Positions 1-10,276 of a DNA stretch of 32,000 bases are shown here, piece after piece. The position numbers and the translations under genes were made by a program. The DNA is from Mycobacterium tuberculosis H37Rv. GTDB lineage: Bacteria; Actinomycetota; Actinomycetes; Mycobacteriales; Mycobacteriaceae. Numbering within the stretch: position 1 is the stretch's first letter; the number at the start of each line of letters is the position of its first letter. Below the pieces are notes generated by a model that saw only the letters and a list, made by a program, of their open reading frames with translations, was not told where the DNA came from and did not search any database. The stretch lies in contig NC_000962.3 of assembly GCF_000195955.2 (NCBI RefSeq), positions 3,570,001-3,602,000 on the forward strand. Reading direction: 5' to 3'.

Positions 1-1211
1 TGACGGTTGAAAAACCCCTCGCCACCGCGAACCTGATAGGCGATACCCGCCTGGGTCAACGCCTCTTCATAAACCTCTGACTGCGCATTGACTCGGTAGA
101 GAATGGCTACCTCGGATGGCGGAGTGCCCGATGCGATTAACCGGGCGATTGACGCCGCCACCGTGGCAGCCTCGGCGGGCTCGTCGGAATGCTCATGGAA
201 CGACGGGACCGGACCCGGCTCACGCTGGCCGGACAACCGTAGCTTGCTGCCGGCAACACGGCCCCGGGCGGCGGCGATCACCCGGTTAGCCAATGACACC
301 ACCTGCGGAGTTGACCGGTAATCACGCTCCAGCCGCACCACCGCGGCGTCCGGGAACCGCCGCGAGAAGTCGAGTAGGAAACGAGGCGAAGCCCCGGTAA
401 ACGAGTAGATGGTCTGGTTGGCGTCGCCGACGACGGTCAGGTCGTCCCGATCACCCAACCAGGCCGAGAGCACCCGCTGCTGCAGGGGGGTGACGTCCTG
501 GTACTCGTCCACGACGAAACACCGGTACCGGTCCTGGAACTCCTCGGCCACCGCGGCGTCGTTTTCAATCGCGGCCGCGGTGTGCAGCAACAGGTCGTCG
601 AAGTCAAGTAAGGTGACGCCGTCGCCGCGGGCCTTGAGCGCCTCGTATTCGGAGTAGACAGCCGCGATTTGCGCGGCGTCCAACGGGGGGTCTCGGCGTG
701 CGGCCGCCACTGCGGTCACATACTCCTCGGGGCCGATCAGGGACGCCTTGGCCCACTCGATCTCGCCGGCCAGGTCACGCACATCATCGGTGCTGGCGTG
801 CAGCCTGGTGCGGCTGGCGGCGCGGGCCACCACGGCGAACTTGCTGTCCAGCAGCTGCCAGCCGGTGTCAGCGATTACGCGCGACCAGAAGTACCGCAGC
901 TGGCGATACGCGGCCGCGTGAAAGGTCAGCGCCTGCACAGCGCCGACGCCCGAACCGGTCCGTGCCGCGGCGTCGAGTGCGCGCAACCGGCTGCGCATTT
1001 CGCCCGCCGCGCGCTGGGTGAATGTCACAGCCAGCACCTGCCCGGCGGCGACGTGACCGCTCGCGACCAGCGAAGCGATCCGGTGAGTGATGGTGCGGGT
1101 CTTGCCGGTTCCGGCACCGGCCAGCACGCACACCGGTCCACGCGGAGCCAGTACGGCTTCGCGCTGCTGGTCGTCCAGCCCGGCAATCAATGGGTCGCTG
1201 GCTATCGACAT
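1..1211 (-). CDS. uvrD2: ATP-dependent DNA helicase UvrD2, N-terminal ~403 codons; the 3' end lies beyond the left window edge
   Basis: Absent from the ORF track because it has no stop inside the window. Reverse-strand translation from ATG 1211..1209 gives [45 protein letters not shown]..., with the SF1 Walker A GAGTGKT and later FVVDEYQD (motif II). There is an alternative ATG at 1220. Confidence 0.9.
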   Translation of the reverse strand, partial: MSIASDPLIAGLDDQQREAVLAPRGPVCVLAGAGTGKTRTITHRIASLVASGHVAAGQVLAVTFTQRAAGEMRSRLRALDAAARTGSGVGAVQALTFHAAAYRQLRYFWSRVIADTGWQLLDSKFAVVARAASRTRLHASTDDVRDLAGEIEWAKASLIGPEEYVTAVAAARRDPPLDAAQIAAVYSEYEALKARGDGVTLLDFDDLLLHTAAAIENDAAVAEEFQDRYRCFVVDEYQDVTPLQQRVLSAWLGDRDDLTVVGDANQTIYSFTGASPRFLLDFSRRFPDAAVVRLERDYRSTPQVVSLANRVIAAARGRVAGSKLRLSGQREPGPVPSFHEHSDEPAEAATVAASIARLIASGTPPSEVAILYRVNAQSEVYEEALTQAGIAYQVRGGEGFFNR

Positions 1212-1334
1212 GACGTCCATCTTGGCAGCGGTAGATGACAGACCGGGCGTGTCGCCACGCCGTGGGGCGTGCGACATGAACAACTGCCGAGCCGCCACAC
1301 CGCCCGGGTCGTCGCCGCGCTAGGTTAGCGTGTC

Positions 1335-1589
1335 ATGATCACCGCTGCGCTCACCATCTATACGACATCATGGTGTGGCTATTGCCTTCGACTCAAAACA
1401 GCGCTCACGGCCAACCGAATCGCTTACGACGAGGTCGACATCGAACACAACCGTGCGGCCGCGGAGTTCGTCGGCTCGGTCAATGGCGGCAACAGAACTG
1501 TTCCCACGGTGAAGTTCGCCGACGGGTCGACGCTGACTAACCCGAGCGCGGACGAGGTCAAAGCGAAGCTGGTAAAGATCGCGGGTTAA
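1335..1589 (+). CDS. mrx1: Glutaredoxin-like mycoredoxin (84 aa, CGYC active site)
   Basis: ORF-track protein MITAALTIYTTSWCGYCLRLK... has a thioredoxin-fold CxxC motif near the N-terminus. Its size and sequence match the Rv3198A-type mycoredoxin as I recall it. A TANNNT-like hexamer TAGGTT at 1321..1326 lies 8 nt before the ATG. Confidence 0.9.
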   Translation: MITAALTIYTTSWCGYCLRLKTALTANRIAYDEVDIEHNRAAAEFVGSVNGGNRTVPTVKFADGSTLTNPSADEVKAKLVKIAG

Positions 1590-1601
1590 CGACGTGGACT
1601 T

Positions 1602-2543
1602 TCATTCGCACGCTGCCCACGATTCGATGATCACGCGGGCGATCGAGATCGACCCGGGCAGTAGCAGTTTCGACTCCGACGCACTGGACCAATCGCCGGC
1701 GGCAAGCGCTGCGCGCACCTCATCGCGGGTGAACCACGCGGCTTCGGCGATTTCGCCGTCGCTGAACGAGAACTCCTCATCCGGGTCACCCAAGGCATGA
1801 AAGCCAACCATTAACGACCGCGGGAACGGCCACTGCTGGCTGCCCAGATAGCGCACATCGCGAACGGTCAGGCCGATTTCCTCGCGGATCTCCCGGGCGA
1901 CGCAGACTTCGAACGACTCTCCGGCCTCGACAAAGCCAGCCAACAGCGAGAACATCCGTTCCGGCCACGCCGCCTGGCGAGCCAACACGGCACGATCAGC
2001 GCCGTCGTGAACCAGGCAGATCACCGCCGGGTCGATACGGGGGAACTCCTCATGACCGGTGATCGGGTTGACCCGTGACCAGCCGGCCCTGGCCGGTTTC
2101 GTCGGCGCGCCGTCTAGGGCGCTGAATCGTGCGTTGTCATGCCAGTTCAACAGCGCCGATGCCGACGACACCAGTTGGCTGCTGGTGTCGTCCATGATTC
2201 GGCCGAGCCCACGAAGGTCCACCGCCTCGGCTGGTATGTCGGGATCAGCGATCGGCTGCAGCGCTGCCCGCACCGCCCAGACGTGGCGGCCGCCCTCGAC
2301 GCGACCCAGGAATACCGCCTCTGGCGGTGGCTTGTCGGCCAGCTCGATGGCCGCGCCAAGCAACACCCGGCCGTTGGCGACCAGCACGCGATTGCGGGAA
2401 TCCACCCGCAGCAATGCCGCGCCTGGCCATCCCGCGGCGGCCGCCTCCATGTCGGTCCTCAGCCGGTCGGCCCGGTCGGCGCCGACGCGCGAAAGCAACG
2501 GAACGCTTCTCAGCTGAAAATCCACGCCGCTTACGTTCGTCAC
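1602..2543 (-). CDS. nudC: NADH pyrophosphatase NudC (Nudix hydrolase), 313 aa
   Basis: Nudix box GFVEAGESFEVCVAREIREEIG is present in the ORF-track protein. I chose the internal GTG at 2543 (VTNVSGVDFQ...), giving 313 aa. The 389-aa ORF start would overlap the neighbouring gene. Confidence 0.88.
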   Translation of the reverse strand: MTNVSGVDFQLRSVPLLSRVGADRADRLRTDMEAAAAGWPGAALLRVDSRNRVLVANGRVLLGAAIELADKPPPEAVFLGRVEGGRHVWAVRAALQPIADPDIPAEAVDLRGLGRIMDDTSSQLVSSASALLNWHDNARFSALDGAPTKPARAGWSRVNPITGHEEFPRIDPAVICLVHDGADRAVLARQAAWPERMFSLLAGFVEAGESFEVCVAREIREEIGLTVRDVRYLGSQQWPFPRSLMVGFHALGDPDEEFSFSDGEIAEAAWFTRDEVRAALAAGDWSSASESKLLLPGSISIARVIIESWAACE

Positions 2544-2601
2544 TGGCGCCCCACCTGGTGGCGACCCGCCGCGCCCGGCTCCGCCGCGCTTGCGATCGCC
2601 A

Positions 2602-3669
2602 CTAGCGCCCCACCTGGCGAATATAGAGCAGCCGGTCGCTGGCCTCGATGGCGTCCACCTCGGGCGCCCCAATGCGCAGCAGCTGGCCGTCACGTACCAC
2701 GCCGAGCACGATGTCGCGCAGGTGCCGCGGAGACCCGCCCACCTCGGCCTGCTCCACCTCACGTTCGGCAACGGCCAGGCCGGCTTCCGGGGTCAGCAGA
2801 TCCTCGATCATCTCCACGACGCTGGGCGTCGTGGTAGCGATGCCGAGCAGCCGCCCGGCGGTCTCGGAGGAGACCACCACCGTGTCCGCACCCGACTGCC
2901 GCAACAAGTGCTGGTTTTCGGCCTCCCGGATGGACGCCACGATCTTGGCTTTGGGCGCAATCTCGCGCGCCGTCAACGTGACGAGCACAGCGGTGTCGTC
3001 GCGACTGGTGGCGACGATGATCGAAGACGCATGCTGAGTGCCGGCCAACCTCAGCACGTCGGACTTGGTGGCATCACCATGCACGGTGACCAGACCGGCT
3101 GCCGCGGCACGTTCGAGGACACCCGAATCGGTGTCGACGACCACAATTTCACCCGGAACTAACTCGTCACTGACCATCGCGGCCACCGCCGTTTTGCCCT
3201 TGGTGCCGTAGCCGATGACGACGGTATGGTTGCGCACTCTGCTCCTCCAACGCTGGATCTTGTACGCCTGACGGGATGTTTCCGTGAGGACTTCGAGAGT
3301 CGTGCCGACCAACAAGATCAAGAACGCAATCCGCAGCGGTGTGATGACGAAGATGTTGATCGCTCGCGCGAATTCGGAAATGGGCGTGATGTCGCCGTAG
3401 CCGGTCGTCGACAGCGTCACCGCAGCGTAGTAGAGGCAATCCAGAAACGTCAGCCGATCGCCCTGGGCGTCGAGGTAGCCGTCGCGGTCGACGTAGACGA
3501 TCCCGGCGGTGAGCAGCAACGCCACCACAGCGACGACCACCCGGCGTGAAATAACGCGAGCTGGACTGGCCCGCCTTTGGGGAATGCGCAGCACGCCGAC
3601 AAGCGCGTAACCAGGCTGCGCGGTCAGCTTCTCGTTGAGCCCCCGCAACCGCCGCCAGCTACCGGCCAC
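2602..3669 (-). CDS. Two-TM potassium channel with C-terminal TrkA-N/RCK domain, 355 aa
   Basis: K+ selectivity filter TLSTTGYGD lies between hydrophobic helices. A Rossmann GxGxxG motif (VVIGYGTKGK) starts the cytoplasmic RCK-like domain. Confidence 0.85.
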   Translation of the reverse strand: MAGSWRRLRGLNEKLTAQPGYALVGVLRIPQRRASPARVISRRVVVAVVALLLTAGIVYVDRDGYLDAQGDRLTFLDCLYYAAVTLSTTGYGDITPISEFARAINIFVITPLRIAFLILLVGTTLEVLTETSRQAYKIQRWRSRVRNHTVVIGYGTKGKTAVAAMVSDELVPGEIVVVDTDSGVLERAAAAGLVTVHGDATKSDVLRLAGTQHASSIIVATSRDDTAVLVTLTAREIAPKAKIVASIREAENQHLLRQSGADTVVVSSETAGRLLGIATTTPSVVEMIEDLLTPEAGLAVAEREVEQAEVGGSPRHLRDIVLGVVRDGQLLRIGAPEVDAIEASDRLLYIRQVGR

Positions 3670-3730
3670 CGAAATCCGTCACCGGTTAGCCCCAATGCAC
3701 GCCAAACGCACGACACAAATGGTAACCACG

Positions 3731-6700
3731 TCAGGTGTCCGACCGCCGACCGGCGCAGTCGGTCAGTAGCATGGCCAACTCGCCGGGAGCGGGTAACTCG
3801 TCGGGGACGACCGTGATGCCGCTGCGCACGTAATAGAAGGCGGTACGCACCGAGGATGTCGGACATCCCCGCAATGCGGCCCAGGCCAGTCGATAGACAG
3901 CGAGCTGGACAGCGGCCTGCCGCATGGCTGCCGGCCCGTGCGGCGGCTTGCCGGTCTTCCAGTCCACCACGGTGGCACCGCCGTCGGGGTCGACGAACAC
4001 CGCGTCGATGCGGCCGCGCACCACGGTATCGCCGATCGGCATTTCGAACGGCACTTCGACCGCCGCCGGGGTGCGAGCCGCCCACGATGATGCGGTGAAC
4101 GCCCTCTGCAACGCGGCCAACTCCTCAGGATCGCCCACCTCGCGGTCCGCTGCACCTGGCAGGTCACCCAGGTCAAACAGCAGTTCAGCACCGTAAAATT
4201 GCTGAACCCAGGCGTGAAATGCATCGCCCAACCACGCGTGCGGGTCCGGGCGTTTTGGCAGCCGACACATCAGCCGCTGCCGCGCACCGACCGGGTCGCC
4301 GACCAGCTCCACCAAACTGCTGACCGACAAATGGTTCGGCAGACCACGGGCAGGTGCTCCCCGCGCCGCGTGCGCACGTTCAGCCAACAGTGCATCGACG
4401 TCAGTGGACCAGGGGGCATCGCCCGGGCGCGGGGGATGATCGATGTCGGTGGTGCTTCCGGGCAAGTCGGCCGACATGGCCGCCGCCACCAGCGCCGCGC
4501 CCCGCTCCACATCGCCGCGACGTGCGGCCAACGGATCAGCGGGCCAAACCGCCTCGATAGCGTTGTCACACAATGGGTTTCGCTCATCGCCGGCGGGCGC
4601 CGACGCCCACTGCTCGACGACTCCGCAAGGATCACCGGCAGCGGCCGAACGGTCAATGATGTCCTTGAGTTCGCACAGGAATTCCGATGGCCCGCGCGGC
4701 TTTGTCCCGGTGGGCCCCCAATGGTGGCCGGACACCAGCAGAGTGTCCTCAGCCCGGGTAACGGCCACGTACAACAGTCGACGCTCCTCGTCAACGCGCC
4801 GCCGATCGAGCAGGCGACGATGTTCGGAGATCTTGTCCGACAACTGTTTTCGGTCAGCGACAGCTGACGTGTCCAGTACGGGGATGCCGTGCGCGCCGGC
4901 CGAGGCGCGATCCCCACGCAGCAGCGGCGGTAGTTCGGCGGGGTCGGTAAGCCAGCTGCTGCGCGACACCGTCGACGGAAACACTCCGCGCGACAGGTGT
5001 GCCACCGCCACCACCTGCCATTCCAAGCCCTTGGCGGCGTGCACGGTCAGCACCTGGACCCGGTCGCAGGCGACGGTCAACTCGGCAGGCGGCAAACCGT
5101 TCTCGACCACCTCGGCGACGTCCAAATAAGCCAGCAGGCCCGCAACCGACGCCTCGCTGGACCTAGCGCTGGCCCGTTCGGCGTACCCCGCGACCACGTC
5201 GGCGAACGCATCAAGGTGCTCGGGTCCGGCCCAGCCACCTGAGACCGGGGCCGAGGCCCGCACCTCGCAATCGACGCCAAGCACGCGGCGCACCTCGGCT
5301 ACTAGGTCGGGCAGGGAATGACCGAGGCGACCGCGCAGCGCGCTCAGTTCACCGGCCAAGGCGCCGATGCGCCCATATCCCGCCACCGAATACCCCTCGG
5401 CGGAACCTGGATCGCTGATGGCGTCGGCCAGACACGGATTGTCGGCGTCCGCGCTGGCCGCCATCGCGATCGATTCGGGCGACGCCGTTGACGGTGATTC
5501 GCCACTCAGCGTCAGCGCACGCCGCCACAGCGCGGCGAGGTCCCGGGCGCCGAGCCGCCACCGTGGGCCAGTCAGCACCCGCATCGCGGCCGCCCCGGCC
5601 GTTGGGTCGGCAACCAGGCGCAGCATGGCCACCACCTCGGCGACCTCGGGGATGGACAGTAGGCCGGCCAGCCCGACAACTTCAGCCGGGATTCCGCGGG
5701 CCCGCAGGGTATCAGCGATAGCGGCGGCGTCGGCGTTGCGGCGTACCAGCACCGCCGCGGTGGGCGGCTTGACACCGTCCGCTTCTGCCCGCTGGTAACG
5801 CATCCGCAAGTGGTCGGCGATCCATTCGCGTTCGGCCTGCACGTCGGGAAGCAACGCGCAGCGGACGGCTCCAGGCGGGGCATCCGGACGCGGCCGCAAC
5901 GCGCGCACCGCAACCGAGCGCCGCCGCGCCTCCGCCGATATGCCATTGGCCACGCGCAGCGCTTGCGGCGGGTTGCGCCAGCTGGTCAGCAGCTCCAGCA
6001 CCGGCGCGGGGGTGCCGTCCGATAAGGGGAAGTCGGTGGTGAACCGGGGCAGGTTCGTCGCCGAAGCGCCGCGCCACCCGTAGATCGACTGAATCGGGTC
6101 ACCGACAGCCGTCAGCGCCAACCCGTCATCAACGCCGCCGCCAAACAGCGACGACAACACAACGCGCTGCGCGTGCCCCGTGTCCTGGTATTCGTCCAGT
6201 AACACCACCCGGTAGCGCCTCCGCAGATCCTGGCCAACTTGGGGAGAGGTCGCCGCCAACCGTGCGGCCGAGGCCATCTGCATGGCGAAATCCATCACTT
6301 TGCCGGCGTGCATCCGCTCACCCAACGCGTCAAGCAACGGCACCAACTCCGCGCGCTGGGTCTGGGTGGCCAGCATCCGCAGCAGCCACTGGCTGGGGCC
6401 GCGGTCACGCTGATAGCGGCCCGCCGGCAGAGCGTGGACCAGCCGTTCCAGCTCGACGTGGGTGTCGCGAAGCGCGCGGGTGTCGACCAGATGCTCGCCA
6501 AGCTGGCCCCATAACCGCACCACGATCGAGGTGACCGCCGCCGGGCTCTTGTCGGTGCACAGCACGCCGTCGTACCCGCTGACCACATCGAATGCCAGCT
6601 GCCACAGCTCGGTCTCGCTCAGCAACCTGGTATCGGGTTCCAGCGGTAGCAGCAGGCCGTAGTCGCGTAGTAGCGAGCCGGCAAAGGCGTGGTAGGTGCT

Positions 6701-7036
6701 GACTACCGGAGCGCAGGCCGCCGGGTCGCCGCAGCCGAGGCCGATACCGGCCAACCTGGCCAGACGGGACCGAACGCGGCGCAACAGCTGGCCCGCGGCC
6801 TTGCGGGTGAACGTCAATCCCAGCACCTGGCCGGGTTCCGCGTAGCCGTTGGCAACCAGCCACACCACCCGGGCAGCCATCGTTTCGGTTTTTCCGGCGC
6901 CGGCTCCCGCGATGACGACCAGCGGGCCGGGAGGTGCGGCGATTACCGCGGCCTGCTCAGCGGTGGGCGGGAAAAGTCCTAGCGCGCAGGCTAGTTCAGC
7001 TGGACTGTAGCGTGCCGGTGCCGCGGTTTGGGTCAT
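3731..7036 (-). CDS. adnB: Helicase-nuclease subunit AdnB (UvrD-like motor plus RecB-like nuclease), 1101 aa
   Basis: Walker A GAGAGKT, LLDEYQDT and a C-terminal nuclease motif GRIDAVF...VVDWKTGK are present. The start ATG at 7036 (MTQTAAPARYSP...) forms a 4-bp ATGA overlap with the upstream subunit stop. Confidence 0.9.
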   Translation of the reverse strand: MTQTAAPARYSPAELACALGLFPPTAEQAAVIAAPPGPLVVIAGAGAGKTETMAARVVWLVANGYAEPGQVLGLTFTRKAAGQLLRRVRSRLARLAGIGLGCGDPAACAPVVSTYHAFAGSLLRDYGLLLPLEPDTRLLSETELWQLAFDVVSGYDGVLCTDKSPAAVTSIVVRLWGQLGEHLVDTRALRDTHVELERLVHALPAGRYQRDRGPSQWLLRMLATQTQRAELVPLLDALGERMHAGKVMDFAMQMASAARLAATSPQVGQDLRRRYRVVLLDEYQDTGHAQRVVLSSLFGGGVDDGLALTAVGDPIQSIYGWRGASATNLPRFTTDFPLSDGTPAPVLELLTSWRNPPQALRVANGISAEARRRSVAVRALRPRPDAPPGAVRCALLPDVQAEREWIADHLRMRYQRAEADGVKPPTAAVLVRRNADAAAIADTLRARGIPAEVVGLAGLLSIPEVAEVVAMLRLVADPTAGAAAMRVLTGPRWRLGARDLAALWRRALTLSGESPSTASPESIAMAASADADNPCLADAISDPGSAEGYSVAGYGRIGALAGELSALRGRLGHSLPDLVAEVRRVLGVDCEVRASAPVSGGWAGPEHLDAFADVVAGYAERASARSSEASVAGLLAYLDVAEVVENGLPPAELTVACDRVQVLTVHAAKGLEWQVVAVAHLSRGVFPSTVSRSSWLTDPAELPPLLRGDRASAGAHGIPVLDTSAVADRKQLSDKISEHRRLLDRRRVDEERRLLYVAVTRAEDTLLVSGHHWGPTGTKPRGPSEFLCELKDIIDRSAAAGDPCGVVEQWASAPAGDERNPLCDNAIEAVWPADPLAARRGDVERGAALVAAAMSADLPGSTTDIDHPPRPGDAPWSTDVDALLAERAHAARGAPARGLPNHLSVSSLVELVGDPVGARQRLMCRLPKRPDPHAWLGDAFHAWVQQFYGAELLFDLGDLPGAADREVGDPEELAALQRAFTASSWAARTPAAVEVPFEMPIGDTVVRGRIDAVFVDPDGGATVVDWKTGKPPHGPAAMRQAAVQLAVYRLAWAALRGCPTSSVRTAFYYVRSGITVVPDELPAPGELAMLLTDCAGRRSDT

Positions 7037-10000
7037 GGCGCCGACCCTCGGACGTGGGCCGGACAGCCCGGCCGCAGCGGGCAGTGGGTGCACCCGTCGT
7101 TGCGCCGAGCGATGAACTGGGGACCGGCTGTCGCCGCGGCCAGCTGCCGGACGAGGTTGCGCCATTCGTCGCGCGCGGCCGGTGTGAGTGGATCCTGTTT
7201 GCGTTCGGCGACGCCAGCGGCCCCGCTTTTGCCGACATAGACCAGCCGGGCACCGCCGGGCTCGTCCCCGGCGCGCACCAAGCCTTCGGCCACCGCCAGC
7301 TGATACATCGCCAGCTGGGCGTGCTGCTGGGCATCGTCCTTGCTGACCGGTGTCTTGCCGGTTTTGATGTCGACGATCACCAGGCGGCCGGCCGGGTCGC
7401 GTTCCAGCCGATCCGCCCGGCCACGCAACCGAATTTTTCTGGCTTGACCGCTACCGTCCTCGAGGGCCCCATCGATGTCGACCTCCACGCCAACTTCGGT
7501 CAGCTCGGATCGACTCTGAGCTCGCCACTGTACGAACGCCTGGATCATCGCGCGGTGCCGGGCAAGCTCGTTGGCCGAATACCACTGAGCGCCGAACGGC
7601 AGATGGCCCCACACCCGGTCCAGTTCAGCCAGCAGTTGGGATTCGCTCCTGCCCGGCTCGGCAAACAGTGCGTGCAACACCGATCCGACGGCAGACGGCA
7701 GCTCGCGGGTGTTTGTTCCGCCGTGCCGCTCGGCCAGCCAGCGCAGTGGGCAGTCGTTGAGTGCCTGCAAAGTCGACGGCGTCAACGTGACGAGATCGTC
7801 GCTATCGCACAACGGATCACTCGTGCTGACCGGGGCCAGGCCATGCCACTCGGACGGGTCGGCACCTGGCACACCGGCTTTGGCCAACCGGGCCAATTGC
7901 GTTGCCGCACAATCGCGATCGGCGTCATCTACCGCGCAGGCAGGCGCGCACACCACAACGCGTAACCGGCCTACCACCGCCGCAGCCGACAACACGCGCG
8001 GCGCCGAGACCGGCTGCATCGCGACGGGTTCGCCATCGCCGTCGGCCCACTGGGCAATCTCGAAAAAGAACGCCGATGGCAGCACCGCCTCGTGCCCGCC
8101 CCCGCCCGCGTCGCTATCTACGGCGGTCACCAGCAACCGCCGCCGGGCCCGCCCCATCGCGGTCACCAGCAGCCGGCGCTCCTCGGCCAGCAACGGCGCG
8201 CGCATCGAGGCATCCTTCGTGACACCGTCGAGTTCGTCCAGCAGCCGCTGGGTGCCAAGCACACCGCCACGTGGAACCGTGTTGGGCCACAAGCCGTCCT
8301 GTAGGCCGGCGATAACTACCAGATCCCATTCGTGTCCCAGCGCGGCATGTGCGCTAAGGACCATGACCTGCTCTGTCGGGGCTGCCGGTTCGGGTCGCAC
8401 AACCGGCAGCTGCAGCGCGGTGACGTGCTCGACGAGTCCGCGCAGGGACGCACCCGAGGTGCGGGACACGTAATGGTCGGTGATGTCGAACAAGGCGGTC
8501 ACCGTTTCCAGGTCCCGGGTGGCCTGGACAGCCGCCGCACCACCATGCTCGCTGGCCGCCAGCCAGCGGCGTTGCAGACCCGACCGTTGCCAGGCAGCCC
8601 ATAGCGTGTGGCGCGGATCCTGGCCACCCAGACTTCCTGAGCGGTGGCAGCGCGCGGCCGCGGTCAGCACGGCACGCACGCGCCGCAGTGCCCGCGACCC
8701 TGGCCCCGATGGCGGCGCGTCGCCGCCGAGCACTTCCACCAGCAGGTCGCCGAACTTCCTCGAAGTCTGGCCGGGACGTGCGCGTTGCAGAGTCCGGCGC
8801 AGCTGGCGAAGTGATACCGGGTCCACACCACCAATCGGCCCGGTGAGCAGGAGCAGCGCCTGGTCGCCGTCGAGCCCGTCAGCCGTCGCCTCGAGCACCG
8901 TGAGCAGCGCCCGTACCGCCGGCTCCGCGGACAACGGCCCGCCAACTGCAGGTGGGGCCACCGGCACCCCGGCGGCGGCCAGAGCGCGCGGCAACCGCAC
9001 AGCGCGCGGCACCGACCTGACGATCACCGCCATCTGCGACCAAGGCACCCCATCGATCAGGTGCGCGCGTCGCAGCGCGTCGGCAATCATCGCTGCCTCA
9101 GCGTGCGCCGAACCGGCCAGGCGCACCGTCACCGATCCGACCTCGGTCCCGGTGCCCTCGATTCGCCGACCGACGCTTCGACCCGGTAGCCGTCGTGCGA
9201 TGCCGGTGACGGCCCGCGCCACGGCGGGTGCACACCGATGAGAGACCGTCAACGTCACCGACGGAATGGGGGCACCACCTGCTGGCGGCGGATCGTCGGC
9301 CAGCAGGCCGGTGGGCTCGCCGCCGCGGAACCCGAACACCGCTTGGTTCGGATCACCGGCGATCAGGGCCAGCTCGGTGCCCGCCGCCAGCATCCGGACC
9401 AGGCGTGCCGCCTGCGGATCAAGTTGTTGGGCGTCGTCGACCAAAAGGGTCCGGACCCGGGCGCGTTCGGCGGCCAGTAACTCAGGATCGACCGCGAAGG
9501 CCTCCAAAGCTGCCCCCACCAGTTCGGCGGCACTCAGCGCCGGCGCCGTGGCCTGCGGCGCCGCCAGCCCCACCGCACCCCGCAACAACATCACCTGCTC
9601 GTACCGCTGGGCGAATTGACCGGCGGCGATCCATTCCGGACGGCCGCGGCGACGGCCCAGTTGCTGCAACTCCAGCGGGTCCAGGCCGCGTTCGGCGCAA
9701 CGTGCCAACAGGTTTCGCAGCTCGGTGGCGAAGCCGGCGGTAGTCAGCGCGGGCCGCAGATGCGCAGGCCAGGTGGTGGTGGCGGCCGGTCCGTCTTCGG
9801 CGTCCCCGGCCAGCAGTTCCCGAATGATGGCGTCCTGCTCGGCGCTGGTAAGCAGCCGCGGCAAGGCGTCACCGGCGCGCTGTGCGGCCTTGCGCAAGAC
9901 CGCATAGGCGTAGCTGTGCACGGTGCGTACCACCGGTTCGCGGATCGCCGCCCGGCAAGGGCCGTTGGTGCGCGACCGCAGCAGCGCCGTCGTCAGCGCA

Positions 10001-10200
10001 CTGCGGGCCCGCATGCCCATTCGGCCGGAACCGGTCAGCAGCAGAACCGACTCCGGGTCGGTGCCGGCGCCGATGTGAGCGACCGCGGCCTCAACCAACA
10101 GTGTGCTCTTACCGGTGCCCGGGCCGCCCAGCACAAGCACCGGACCGCGCAAACCCGGCGCGAGGGCCGCACCCGCCTCGACACCCCAGATATGTGACAT
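7033..10200 (-). CDS. adnA: Helicase-nuclease subunit AdnA (UvrD-like motor plus RecB-like nuclease), 1055 aa
   Basis: Walker A GGPGTGKS, LLVDDAQQ and nuclease motif GRADRL...IVDIKTGK are present. The C-terminus carries Cys-x2-Cys-x5-Cys (GCTHCPLRPGC) plus an upstream Cys (LNDCPLRW), the pattern of Fe-S clusters in RecB-family nucleases. Confidence 0.9.
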   Translation of the reverse strand: MSHIWGVEAGAALAPGLRGPVLVLGGPGTGKSTLLVEAAVAHIGAGTDPESVLLLTGSGRMGMRARSALTTALLRSRTNGPCRAAIREPVVRTVHSYAYAVLRKAAQRAGDALPRLLTSAEQDAIIRELLAGDAEDGPAATTTWPAHLRPALTTAGFATELRNLLARCAERGLDPLELQQLGRRRGRPEWIAAGQFAQRYEQVMLLRGAVGLAAPQATAPALSAAELVGAALEAFAVDPELLAAERARVRTLLVDDAQQLDPQAARLVRMLAAGTELALIAGDPNQAVFGFRGGEPTGLLADDPPPAGGAPIPSVTLTVSHRCAPAVARAVTGIARRLPGRSVGRRIEGTGTEVGSVTVRLAGSAHAEAAMIADALRRAHLIDGVPWSQMAVIVRSVPRAVRLPRALAAAGVPVAPPAVGGPLSAEPAVRALLTVLEATADGLDGDQALLLLTGPIGGVDPVSLRQLRRTLQRARPGQTSRKFGDLLVEVLGGDAPPSGPGSRALRRVRAVLTAAARCHRSGSLGGQDPRHTLWAAWQRSGLQRRWLAASEHGGAAAVQATRDLETVTALFDITDHYVSRTSGASLRGLVEHVTALQLPVVRPEPAAPTEQVMVLSAHAALGHEWDLVVIAGLQDGLWPNTVPRGGVLGTQRLLDELDGVTKDASMRAPLLAEERRLLVTAMGRARRRLLVTAVDSDAGGGGHEAVLPSAFFFEIAQWADGDGEPVAMQPVSAPRVLSAAAVVGRLRVVVCAPACAVDDADRDCAATQLARLAKAGVPGADPSEWHGLAPVSTSDPLCDSDDLVTLTPSTLQALNDCPLRWLAERHGGTNTRELPSAVGSVLHALFAEPGRSESQLLAELDRVWGHLPFGAQWYSANELARHRAMIQAFVQWRAQSRSELTEVGVEVDIDGALEDGSGQARKIRLRGRADRLERDPAGRLVIVDIKTGKTPVSKDDAQQHAQLAMYQLAVAEGLVRAGDEPGGARLVYVGKSGAAGVAERKQDPLTPAARDEWRNLVRQLAAATAGPQFIARRNDGCTHCPLRPGCPAHVRGSAP

Positions 10201-10276
10201 AGCCGCATGACATCACGAGGGTCTGACAAGCTCGGATACTGGAGCTGGCAAGAAAACCGAAAACGCGATGTGAGGG

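Noticed and set aside
669-1238. Long alternate-frame or antisense ORFs throughout the window, for example 669..1238+, 6934..7965+, 7709..8473+, 12592..13365+, 13936..14925+, 18832..19680-, 25829..26629+ and 30154..30708-
   Set aside because: They overlap genes with clear motif-supported products. They encode Arg/Pro/Ala-rich low-complexity peptides typical of stop-poor non-coding frames in 65% GC DNA. No motifs or start-site signals support them.
1602-2771. Longest-ORF starts for nudC (389 aa), adnB (1144 aa), rhlE (593 aa), sigH (284 aa), gpm2 (228 aa), the parA-like gene (273 aa) and the 314-aa kinase-like protein
   Set aside because: The N-terminal extensions are Arg/Pro-rich, overlap neighbouring genes or promoter regions, and precede the point where family-conserved sequence begins. 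Internal starts give lengths matching what I recall for these proteins.
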